Shown piece by piece: positions 8,433 through 17,577 of a stretch of DNA of 64,000 nucleotides; position 1 is the stretch's first letter, and every line of letters begins with the position of its first letter. Position numbers and translations under genes: made by a program. Source of the DNA: an uncultured Phycisphaerales bacterium (GTDB lineage Bacteria > Planctomycetota > Phycisphaerae > Tepidisphaerales > Tepidisphaeraceae); assembly GCA_963755915.1 (NCBI GenBank), contig CAVWLP010000002.1, positions 480,001 through 544,000 on the forward strand. The letters are read 5' to 3'. The notes beneath the pieces are model-generated. The model saw nothing but the letters and a program-made list of their open reading frames with translations. It did not search any database and had not been told where the DNA came from.

Positions 8433-9935
8433 TCAATCGTTTCTATGGTAGATCGTTTCCCACTGGAGTGTTGCTTCGGCGTGGTAATGCTTCTGCACAT
8501 AATCGCCAAGCTGCATCCAGGCGGCGATGAAATTGGCCTTGCGCTGCGGGCGGATTCCCAGCTCCTTGATTCGCGCGGCAAGCTTGCGGCCATATTCGGC
8601 GAAATTGGTGGCCACCACGATGTATTTCGGATGCGTCTGGTCGAAATCGCTGAGCATGTCGTGGCAATAGCGAAGCGGGGCCGTGTCGTCATTTACCCAG
8701 AGGAAGGTCATGGGATATTGCGAGCCGGGCTGAAGATCGGTGACGACAAGGAGGCGCATCATGCCGTCGAGCCAGACGCGGTCGCCGGGGTTTGCGTGGG
8801 CGGCGAGATATTGCTCGGACGGCTCAGGCTGGAGAGATTGCGGTGCGTAGTAGAGCACCTGGGCCGCGCCGAAGATCGAGAAGGCAGCGGGAAGGACGAG
8901 CGCGGCCGCGAGGGAGCCGAGGGCGGGGCGGCGCGGAATCAGGCCAAAGAGCAGGCTCGCCGGGGCGGCGAGGACGAGGAAGTGATAGGCATACATTCGC
9001 CGCTGGGCGACGATGCCGGCGCACTCGATGGTCATCCAGGCGATCGTGAAGAGGAGAATTGCGCTGGGCGTTCGCTGAGGCAAGCGATGGCGCGGGCGGC
9101 GGAAAATGTAACCGCGGACGAGCATCGGGAAGCCGACGATGATGCCGATGATGACGGGCTTGCTGAGGTCCCACCATTCCCAGGGCGAATTGGCGGCGTA
9201 GCCGGAGATCTGGCGGTAGATGCCGGGGAGCGCGGGGAATAGATCCGCGGCCTGGAAATAGGCGAGGCATGCGGAGGCGGGGATCGCGAAACCGGCGGCG
9301 GCTGCGAAGAGATGGGCGAGGAGCCTTCGCCAATCGTGGCGATAACGCCAAAGCGCGGTCATCGCGAAGGCGGCGAGCACCGCGAGGCCTGACGGCTTCA
9401 CCATCGCGGCAACGCCGGCGGCGAGGCCGACGGCGAAGGAATCGCGTGCGTCGTCGCCGGCGAGAGCTTCGATCGCGGCGCAGGCGGCGAGGATGCTGAA
9501 AAAGCTTTGGAGCGTTTCAAGCTGGAATCCGCCGCGCACGGCGAAATTGCAGTTGACGTAGACCAGGGCGAAGAGAAGCGTGGGGAGAAAGGCGTGTTTG
9601 CCGATGTTTCGCGCGGCCGTGCGGGCGAGCAGGAGGCAGCCGATCAATGCGAGGGCGGTTTGCAGGAAGACGTATCCGGGCCACCAGGCGCCGAAGGCGC
9701 GCCAGCAGGGGCTGACGATCAGGCCAACGGTGGGAAATTTGTTGTCGATGAGTTCATAGCCGATGCGGCCGCCGCCGGCGACGAGCTTACCCATGTAAAC
9801 GAACATGGCGCCGTCGGCGTCGAGGGGGCGGACCAGAAAGCTCAGCCGGCCGACAAGGGCGGATAAGAGGCAGAAGCCAATGAGGAGCCACAGGCCCACT
9901 CGTGCGCGGGCGGGGCGGCGAATCGAGGGCAACAT
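8433..9935 (-). CDS. GT-C (ArnT/PMT-like) membrane glycosyltransferase
   Basis: D...F.Y.G, DNKFP, E after TM, VKP motif, periplasmic C-terminus ending P.YIVV. Confidence 0.7.
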   Translation of the reverse strand: MLPSIRRPARARVGLWLLIGFCLLSALVGRLSFLVRPLDADGAMFVYMGKLVAGGGRIGYELIDNKFPTVGLIVSPCWRAFGAWWPGYVFLQTALALIGCLLLARTAARNIGKHAFLPTLLFALVYVNCNFAVRGGFQLETLQSFFSILAACAAIEALAGDDARDSFAVGLAAGVAAMVKPSGLAVLAAFAMTALWRYRHDWRRLLAHLFAAAAGFAIPASACLAYFQAADLFPALPGIYRQISGYAANSPWEWWDLSKPVIIGIIVGFPMLVRGYIFRRPRHRLPQRTPSAILLFTIAWMTIECAGIVAQRRMYAYHFLVLAAPASLLFGLIPRRPALGSLAAALVLPAAFSIFGAAQVLYYAPQSLQPEPSEQYLAAHANPGDRVWLDGMMRLLVVTDLQPGSQYPMTFLWVNDDTAPLRYCHDMLSDFDQTHPKYIVVATNFAEYGRKLAARIKELGIRPQRKANFIAAWMQLGDYVQKHYHAEATLQWETIYHRND

Positions 9936-10009
9936 TCTCCGGCAATGCGCAGACCGTCACAGGACTGTTATCGGTCCGGCAGACTTACGCGTTTATTTCA
10001 AAATCGAGA

Positions 10010-10501
10010 TCAGAAAATGATTGGCTTGCCCAGTTTTCTGCGCACCACCTGCATCTGCCCGAGGTGCATGGAGAAGTGATTGGGAATGAGCCCAAGCACG
10101 TGCCCGAGCGTGGGGCACATCCTGGCCAAACGTTCGGGGGATGGCTTGTCGAGATCGGCAGGCTTGAGCGACTTCACCCAGGCGATGGTGGCGCCGCGGA
10201 CCTTGATAAGCTGATCCAGCAACTGGGCCTTGGTACCGAAGAAGGCTGGATCATCCTTCGAGCAGGTTTCCTTGTTGAATTTCTTGTCCCATCCCTCTGG
10301 CAGTTGCGTGGCTGCCTTGGGGTCGAATTGAGATACCATCCAGGTCTCGGCGCCGGCGAGATGGCCAATCTGCCAGGCGGGGTGATTCGCGCCGGCACAG
10401 GGGCGGACATAAATATCCGCATCAGAAAAATCGGCGATGGTGCCCTTGAGCATTTCGAGATTGCCGGCGAGGCCGTCGGCGACGAGTTGAAATTGGTCCA
10501 T
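10010..10501 (-). CDS. DinB family protein
   Basis: NHPAWQIGHLA...E and H..MH.GQ...RR.LG motifs. Confidence 0.88.
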   Translation of the reverse strand: MDQFQLVADGLAGNLEMLKGTIADFSDADIYVRPCAGANHPAWQIGHLAGAETWMVSQFDPKAATQLPEGWDKKFNKETCSKDDPAFFGTKAQLLDQLIKVRGATIAWVKSLKPADLDKPSPERLARMCPTLGHVLGLIPNHFSMHLGQMQVVRRKLGKPIIF

Positions 10502-10590
10502 GGTGGGTGTCTCCGCTGAAGTAGTTGATATTGCTTGCCGGGAAATGATTGTTACGGGGCTGAAAGCCGCTGGCAAGGGCGGCGCGGCGG

Positions 10591-12711
10591 TTAATGCGAT
10601 GAATCGGAGCGGCAATATTCCCGCCAAATTTGACGATAGGCGTTTTCGATGTTCCGCGCAAATCGACGGGCGTTCATCAGGGGGCTGGTAAGCATGCGCT
10701 GGCGCAGGCTTTGGCGAAGCTCGGACAGACGCTGGGGGGACTGCGCGAGCGTGACGGCGGTTTGGACGTATTGACGCGGCCGGCGGACGGCGAGCTCGGG
10801 TATGCCGATGTTCATGAGGATGCTTTTTCCGCCGCGGCCGACGGCGGTTTGGCCGGCGAGGCTTACGACGGGGACGCCCATCCAGAGCGCATCGCAGGTG
10901 GTAATTCCACCGCCATAGGGAAACGGGTCTAACGCGATGTCGATTCTGCCGTAGGTCTGCACATAGTCGGCCCACGATTGCTTGGCGAGGAATTGCAGAC
11001 GATCCGGCGAAACGCCCGCGGCGGCGAAGCGTTGACGGACGGCGTCGAGATGCGAGCCGCCATAGGCATGGAGGATCAATTGCGAATTCGGCACGGCCGC
11101 GAGGATTTCGGCCCATAAATCCAGCGAGCCGGGCGAGACCTTTGCGAAATTGTTCAGGCAGCCGAAGGTGATGTGGCCGGCGCTCTCAAACGGCGGGGGC
11201 GAGGGATCGGGCGTGGGGCCGGCGTTGCGATAGCACCACCAGGTTTCGGGCAGGCGGAGGGTTTGCTCGCTGTAAAGCGAAAGATCAGATTCGGGCGGAT
11301 CGAGATTGGGGTCGGAAAGGCGGTAGTCGATCGCATCCAAGCCGGTGCTGGCGCAGTAACCGAGATACGTCACCTGGATAGGAGCCGGTTTTCTGGCGAA
11401 GGTGAGCAGGCGGTTGCCGGACATGTGCAGGGAGAGATCGACGAGGATGTCGATGCCGTCAGAGCGGATGATCTCGGCAAGCTGTTCATCGCCCAGCGCG
11501 GCGACGTCGCGCCAGACATCGGCATGGGAGCGGATGACATCGGTGAACGGGTCGGGGTGAGGGACGCTGCTATAGCAGTGGATTTCGAATTCCTTGTGGT
11601 CGTGCTCGGAGAGAAGCGGAAAGAGATTCTGCCCGACGACGTGCCGGCGGAAGTCGGGCGAGACGTAGCCGATTTTGAGGCGGCGATGGGAATCGCGGTC
11701 GTTGGCATGCGAACGGATGGAAGATTCAAGCGGCTTGGCATGACGCTGGTTCCAGAGGCGTTGCTGGCGGGCGATTTCGGGGCCGTCGTAGCCGCCGTGG
11801 AAACTGAGGAGATAAATCAGGTTGCTGTGGATTGCGGCGCTTTCGGGGCGAAGCTCCATCGCGTGTTCGCATTGATCGAGGGCTTCGTCGATGAGCCCCT
11901 GCTCTTTGAAGGCGACGCCGAGATTGTTGACGGCTTCGATTGAATTGGGATCGAGTTCGAGAGCGCGGCGATAGGCGGAAACCGCTCCGTCGAGATCGGG
12001 CTTGGCAAGCATCGCATGGCCGAGGCGAACGACAGGCGCGGGATTGCCGGGGAGCAGGTCGGCGGCGCGGCGGTAGGCGTTTGCCGCGGGATCCATCTGG
12101 CCGAGCTCGAAGAGGGCATCGCCGATGGATAGCTGTGTGGGAGCGTGGGCGGGCCATTTCGCGGCGATCTGGACATACGTCGCCAGCGCCGCCTGCGGGC
12201 GGCCGCGGAGGTGAAGTGCGTTGGCGAGGTTTGTGCGGACTTCGATGAGGTCGGGATTGATCGTCGCGGCTTTCTGCCAGGCGACGATCGCAAGATCGAC
12301 ATCGCCCCTGGAATAGAGGGCGCTGCCGATGTTGTTATAGGCTTCGGCAAACTGCGGGCGCTTTTCCAGGGCGATCGCCAGCTCGGCCAGGGCGGATTCG
12401 AATTGGCCGTCGTGATAGAGTGCGGCGCCCAGGGCGTTGCGGATATCCGGATCGTCGGGAAGCAGAGCGAGCGCCGCGCGATAGGCTTCGATCGCTTCGG
12501 GCCAGCGCGACATGCGGCACAAGGCGTTGCCGAGGTTGGCGTGCGCCTGGGCGAGATCGGGATTGATTTCGATCGCGTGCCGATAGGCGTGTGCGGCCTC
12601 TTCGAATCGCCCGGCAGTTTCGAGGGCAACGCCCAGATTTACGCGATATTCAGCGACGAGCGGCTGCGCCTCGATCGCACTCTGGAGCATCGACAAATCG
12701 GATTCACCCAT
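10591..12711 (-). CDS. TPR-containing SPINDLY/OGT-like GT41 glycosyltransferase
   Basis: About 8 TPRs, then IGYVSPDFRRH, DILVDLSLH, PAPIQVTYLGY, DIALDPFPYGGG.TTCDALWMGVPVVSL. Confidence 0.93.
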   Translation of the reverse strand: MGESDLSMLQSAIEAQPLVAEYRVNLGVALETAGRFEEAAHAYRHAIEINPDLAQAHANLGNALCRMSRWPEAIEAYRAALALLPDDPDIRNALGAALYHDGQFESALAELAIALEKRPQFAEAYNNIGSALYSRGDVDLAIVAWQKAATINPDLIEVRTNLANALHLRGRPQAALATYVQIAAKWPAHAPTQLSIGDALFELGQMDPAANAYRRAADLLPGNPAPVVRLGHAMLAKPDLDGAVSAYRRALELDPNSIEAVNNLGVAFKEQGLIDEALDQCEHAMELRPESAAIHSNLIYLLSFHGGYDGPEIARQQRLWNQRHAKPLESSIRSHANDRDSHRRLKIGYVSPDFRRHVVGQNLFPLLSEHDHKEFEIHCYSSVPHPDPFTDVIRSHADVWRDVAALGDEQLAEIIRSDGIDILVDLSLHMSGNRLLTFARKPAPIQVTYLGYCASTGLDAIDYRLSDPNLDPPESDLSLYSEQTLRLPETWWCYRNAGPTPDPSPPPFESAGHITFGCLNNFAKVSPGSLDLWAEILAAVPNSQLILHAYGGSHLDAVRQRFAAAGVSPDRLQFLAKQSWADYVQTYGRIDIALDPFPYGGGITTCDALWMGVPVVSLAGQTAVGRGGKSILMNIGIPELAVRRPRQYVQTAVTLAQSPQRLSELRQSLRQRMLTSPLMNARRFARNIENAYRQIWREYCRSDSSH

Positions 12712-12764
12712 ACGGATTGTTAAATGTTAGTTAGCACCGCTGATAAAGTCAGTAGAATCGAAAT

Positions 12765-13919
12765 ATGAAATCCGCGCGTTGCCTAGTATGGGCGATTCTG
12801 CCTACGATCTTCGTTTTTACCGCAAGGGAGCGGGCCATGGCGCAAAGCAATTTCTGGGTTTATATCGGAACGAACAACCGTCCTCCGGGCAAGAGCGAGG
12901 GGATTTATCTATTCCGGCTTGACACAGTTACCGGCACGATCACGCGCGTGGGCGTCGCCGCGAAGATGCTGGACCCGGGCTGGCAGGTGATTTCGCGGGA
13001 CGGGAAATTTCTCTACACCAACGGCACGATCGACAACCATCAAAAGTCCATCGTCGCGGCGTTTGCCATCGACCCGGCAACCGGCGCTTTGAAATTCATC
13101 AACCAGCAGCAAACCAATGGAAACGACACGACGCATGTCGACATCGACCCGGCCCGGACGTGCGCGGTGACGGCGAATTACAACTCGGGCGACATGACGG
13201 TGCTGCCGATCGATTCCGATGGCTCGGTGATGCCGCTGACGGCGATCATCAAGCACACAGGCTCCGGCGTCAATCCGGAGCGGCAGAAGCATCCATATCC
13301 GCATTCGGCGAATTTCGATCCGACGGGGAAATGGGTGCTGGTGCCGGACCTGGGGGTGGACAAGGTTTATGTCTACCGCTACGACCAGGCGTCGCATGCG
13401 CTGAAGGATGGCGATCCACCGACCGTCGCGGTGACGCCCGGCTCGGGGCCGCGGCATCTTTCGTTTTCGCCGGATGGGAAGTTCGCGTATCTCATTCACG
13501 AGATGGGAGGAATTCTGACCGTCTTCGCGTGGGACGCCGGCAAGGGGAGATTAACGACGCTTCAGACGATTTCGACATTGCCGAAAGATTACACGGGGAA
13601 AAATACGTCGGCCGAGGTGCACCTTCTGCCGAACGGGAAATTTCTTTATGCGTCCAACCGCGGTCCGGACGACCTGGCGATTTTTTCGGTGAATCCGGAC
13701 GGAACGGTGAAGCTGCTGGGATTTGAGTCGACGGCGGGCAAAGCGCCGAGGGATTTTAATATTGATCCAAGCGGGAAGTTTCTGATTGCGGCGAACCAGG
13801 ATTCGGATTCCGTAACCGTGTTTCGCGTGGATCAGGAGACGGGGATGCTGACAAGAATCGGCTCGCCGCTGGAAGTGCCGAGGCCGATTTGCGTCAAATT
13901 CCGCGCGGTTGGCCAATAG
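12765..13919 (+). CDS. Lactonase family beta-propeller (6-phosphogluconolactonase-like), exported
   Basis: ANY.SG, ERQ..P.PH, DLG.D, GSGPRH, YASNRG, PRDF, ANQDS. Confidence 0.9.
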   Translation: MKSARCLVWAILPTIFVFTARERAMAQSNFWVYIGTNNRPPGKSEGIYLFRLDTVTGTITRVGVAAKMLDPGWQVISRDGKFLYTNGTIDNHQKSIVAAFAIDPATGALKFINQQQTNGNDTTHVDIDPARTCAVTANYNSGDMTVLPIDSDGSVMPLTAIIKHTGSGVNPERQKHPYPHSANFDPTGKWVLVPDLGVDKVYVYRYDQASHALKDGDPPTVAVTPGSGPRHLSFSPDGKFAYLIHEMGGILTVFAWDAGKGRLTTLQTISTLPKDYTGKNTSAEVHLLPNGKFLYASNRGPDDLAIFSVNPDGTVKLLGFESTAGKAPRDFNIDPSGKFLIAANQDSDSVTVFRVDQETGMLTRIGSPLEVPRPICVKFRAVGQ

Positions 13920-13921
13920 GC

Positions 13922-15082
13922 TCAGGCAATCGCTTCCTTGTAATACTCGATCATTTTTCCGGCCACTTGCGGCCAGGTAAATCGTGTGACGACGAGGTTT
14001 CGTCCACGAAGTCCCATTTCGCGCGCGGCGGCGGGATCGCGCAGCACTTTGGCGATTCCATCGGCCACGGCGGGAGCGTTTAATTCCGTGATGAAACCGG
14101 CGCCGGCTTCGGCAACTTCGGGAAAATGGCAGCTCGTGGAGATCACCACCGGCGCTTCGCATGCCATGGCTTCGGTGACCGCCAGGCTGAACCCCTCCTG
14201 CCGGCTGGGAAGGCAAAAGCAATCGCAGTCGCGCAGCGCGGCGATCTTTTCCGCTGCGTAAATCGGGCCGATGAGGTGGACGCGATCGGCGATGCCCAGC
14301 TTGGCGACCTGCGCCTCGAAGGAGGATTTCACGCCGTCGTCGGGGCCGGCGACGACGAGGCGGGCGTCGGAGAATTCCTTCGCGACGATGGCGAAGGCAT
14401 CAGCCAGATAATCCAGTCCCTTCTTATAATGCAGGCGGCTGAGGAAAAATACGATCTTCCCAGCCTCGAACTGGGGATGAGACGCTCGAAACGCGCCGCG
14501 CGGCGGCAGGGGATCGAGCTCCTGAAGGAAGATTCCATTCGGCAAGACGCGTGTTGGGGAAGTGAAATGGAGATTTTTCACCAGATCGCGCTCGTCGGTG
14601 TTCAGAAAATGGAGGAACGCGGCCTGGTTGAGCATCCAGCGATAGCCCAGAATCAGCGCAATGCGCTTCTTCCATTTCTTCTGGGTCAGGGCCCAGGGAT
14701 CGAGCATGCCGTGAGGCGTCAGGACAAACGGCTTTTTCTGCGCGGCGGCGAGCGAGGCCATCGCGTTGGTGAGCGGATCCCACACGCCGTGCAGATGCAG
14801 GATGTCGAACTGCGAGACGATCGGCTCCAGCCGCCGGCGCGCACCGCGCGCCAGAAACCGCTCCGGCTTCGTGAGGGGAGGCAGGTATTGGAATTTGACC
14901 TTCTCGATGTCAGGGACGGTCGCCAGGGAGGCGTCGATGCGCTGCTGTGCCTCGGGAAATCGATAGGAAACGATCTCCAGCTCACACCCCAGCGCCGCCT
15001 GCGCGGCGGCAAGCCGGGCGGCGACCATGGGCGGGCCGCCGGTTGCAGGATCTAGCGAGGGAATCGCGTGGAGGATTTTCAT
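13922..15082 (-). CDS. GT4 glycosyltransferase
   Basis: HGML, SRLH.KKG, PSRQEGFS.AV.EAMA. Confidence 0.93.
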   Translation of the reverse strand: MKILHAIPSLDPATGGPPMVAARLAAAQAALGCELEIVSYRFPEAQQRIDASLATVPDIEKVKFQYLPPLTKPERFLARGARRRLEPIVSQFDILHLHGVWDPLTNAMASLAAAQKKPFVLTPHGMLDPWALTQKKWKKRIALILGYRWMLNQAAFLHFLNTDERDLVKNLHFTSPTRVLPNGIFLQELDPLPPRGAFRASHPQFEAGKIVFFLSRLHYKKGLDYLADAFAIVAKEFSDARLVVAGPDDGVKSSFEAQVAKLGIADRVHLIGPIYAAEKIAALRDCDCFCLPSRQEGFSLAVTEAMACEAPVVISTSCHFPEVAEAGAGFITELNAPAVADGIAKVLRDPAAAREMGLRGRNLVVTRFTWPQVAGKMIEYYKEAIA

Positions 15083-15254
15083 CCGATAAGTTGGAGTGCC
15101 GAGTGATATGCTGCTCTCTCATTCGGCATTTGGCATTCGACATTGGCCATTTGGTCTCAATATTCCAGGTTCGCCAGATGGCCTATAATATGGCCGATAT
15201 CGTCTGGGGTCGAAAAGCCTTGACGTTGGTCATCGGCGTGGGAGTTTCCGGCAC

Positions 15255-17480
15255 GTGAAGCATTTCCTGAAAGCGACCGGCAGAGCGCTGAAATACGGCG
15301 CCCTCAAGTGGGCGGCCGATCATCGTATCGGCAAGCAGGATGTCGATGACTCCCGTGCAGCCCAGGTGCAGTCGGCCTACCTCATCGGCTGCGGTCGTTC
15401 GGGAACGACCATCTGCGGCGAGGTGCTGCGGCGTCATCCGCAGGTGAAATACTTCTTCGAGCCGTATCACCTCTGGGCCACCATCGACCCGACGATCGAC
15501 GTGCTGAACCTTTATCACATCGGCGCGTCCAGTTTCATTCTCGATTCTCAGCGGTGCAGTGCCGAGTCGCGGCGGAGATTCAATCGATTGCTCCTGGATT
15601 CGGTGCGGCGGTGGAAAAAATCGCTGATGCTGGAGAAAACGCCCTTCAACGCCTGCCGGATCGGATATCTCGATGCGATCAGTCCCGACTGCAAATTCAT
15701 TCACCTGGTCCGCGACGGGGTGGACGTGGCGCGGTCGATCGACCGGCTCTCGCGCGACCGGGGTTACGGAATCGTCGGCAAGCCCGACCTCAACCGCTGG
15801 TGGGGCCGCGCCGGGTCCAAATGGGCGGCGCTTTCGTCCGACGGCAGCGCGATGAATTATTTCGCGGATGAAGTCCCCCAATTGCACAGCTACGAATCCA
15901 AGGGCGCGTACGAGTGGATGGTAAGCATGTGCGAAATCGACCGGCACAGGGAGCGGCTGGGGGATCGGCTGCTGGAAATCACCTACGACGACCTGACCTC
16001 AAAACCCGGCGAAACGCTGCGGCGAATCTGCGGATTCCTTTCGCTGCCGGTGAACGAAACATGGCTCAAGCGCGAGACCGGACGCATCGACGAAGCGCGA
16101 AGGAATTACGGCGTCCCCCTGGTCCTGCCCCCGCGGATGGCCGAGGCGTTTAACCAGGCGCAGGAGCGATTCGGCTTCAAGAACCGCGCCCTCGCTGGAA
16201 CGCCGAAAATGTCGTCGCCGGTGAAGATCGGAATCATCTCCAACGAGCCAACCCCTTATCGCCTCCACGTCCTGGAGCGGCTGTCGAAAGAGCTTGAAAA
16301 CGCCGAGGTGCACAATGTTTTCACCCACACGATTTCCAATCCCAGCATGCCCTGGCAGATGAGCATCGCGGCGAACCTCAATCCCATATTTTTTGCCAAG
16401 AACCACCTGCGCACGCGCATGCCGATTTCCTGGCGGCACGTCCGGCTCTTCCGCGAAATCCGCGATCATATTTTGCAGCACGAAATCCAGATGGTGATTC
16501 TGCTCGGCTACAACGACCTGACGCGCGTCCTGCTGATCCGCTGGGCCAGGAAGCTGGGGCTTCCGATGTTGCTGGCGGCCGACTCCAACGTCTTCGGCGA
16601 TGCGAGAACGCCCTGGTGGCTGAAGATGATCAAGCGGCGCTACGTCCGCTGGGTGGTGAAACGCCTCTCAGGCCTAATGCCGATGGGAACCTGCGGACGG
16701 GCTTATTTCCGAAGTTATGTCGATCATAACCTCCCGGAATTTCTGTTCCCCTACGAGCCGGATTACCAGTTGCTGCGCGACATCGACCCGAAGAAAGTCG
16801 AGGCGTTCAAGCAGAAGCACAAGCTTGCCCCCGGGCGCAAGCGCCTGCTCTATTGCGGGCGGCTGGTGCAGGTGAAACGCGTGGACGTGCTGCTGGAGGC
16901 TTTTGCGCGGGTGGCGCTGGCACGGCCGGACTGGGACGTGGTCATCGCCGGCGACGGACCGCTGAAAAAAAACCTTCAGCGCTCACTGGGCGACGCGATC
17001 AAATCACGCGTGAAATGGCTGGGGTTCCTTCAGTTTGAGGAGCTGGTAATGGCGTATCACGCCTGTGACGTGCTGGTCCATCCCAGCGATTATGAGCCCT
17101 GGGCGCTGGTCATCAACGAAGCGGTCGCATGCGAGCTGCCGATTATTGCAACTTCCGTGGTCGGCGCGGCTGTAGAACTGGTGCGGCACCAGGAGAACGG
17201 GCTGATCGTCTCCCCGCGCAGCATCGAATCGATGACCAACGCCATCTGGGAGATCACCCGAACCGACCGCTACCTTGAGATGAAGGCCAACTGCCTGCCC
17301 ATGCTGGATGCATGGAAAAAGGCGGCCGACCCCGTGGACGGGGTGAGGGAGGCCCTGCGATATTTCGGGCTGGTGTGGCGGCAGCAGGTGGTGGCAGTGA
17401 CACCACCGCGCGAACAAAGTAAACTTACCGACGTACCCGAAAACAAGAGTCCGGTAATGTACAATACGGGGTTGCGGTAA
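15255..17480 (+). CDS. Sulfotransferase + GT4 glycosyltransferase fusion
   Basis: N-terminal GCGRSGTT (PAPS site), EKTP, HLVRDG.DV..S; C-terminal GRL..VK, PS.YEPWALV.NEA. Confidence 0.85.
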   Translation: MKHFLKATGRALKYGALKWAADHRIGKQDVDDSRAAQVQSAYLIGCGRSGTTICGEVLRRHPQVKYFFEPYHLWATIDPTIDVLNLYHIGASSFILDSQRCSAESRRRFNRLLLDSVRRWKKSLMLEKTPFNACRIGYLDAISPDCKFIHLVRDGVDVARSIDRLSRDRGYGIVGKPDLNRWWGRAGSKWAALSSDGSAMNYFADEVPQLHSYESKGAYEWMVSMCEIDRHRERLGDRLLEITYDDLTSKPGETLRRICGFLSLPVNETWLKRETGRIDEARRNYGVPLVLPPRMAEAFNQAQERFGFKNRALAGTPKMSSPVKIGIISNEPTPYRLHVLERLSKELENAEVHNVFTHTISNPSMPWQMSIAANLNPIFFAKNHLRTRMPISWRHVRLFREIRDHILQHEIQMVILLGYNDLTRVLLIRWARKLGLPMLLAADSNVFGDARTPWWLKMIKRRYVRWVVKRLSGLMPMGTCGRAYFRSYVDHNLPEFLFPYEPDYQLLRDIDPKKVEAFKQKHKLAPGRKRLLYCGRLVQVKRVDVLLEAFARVALARPDWDVVIAGDGPLKKNLQRSLGDAIKSRVKWLGFLQFEELVMAYHACDVLVHPSDYEPWALVINEAVACELPIIATSVVGAAVELVRHQENGLIVSPRSIESMTNAIWEITRTDRYLEMKANCLPMLDAWKKAADPVDGVREALRYFGLVWRQQVVAVTPPREQSKLTDVPENKSPVMYNTGLR

Positions 17481-17577
17481 AAGCCAGGCCGGGTTTGATA
17501 CGAATATGAATTGTACGGCGCTGCATCGGGAGGGTTCCCGCCCAGTGTCAGCACCGCGGCTTGTGGTTGTTCCGTGA

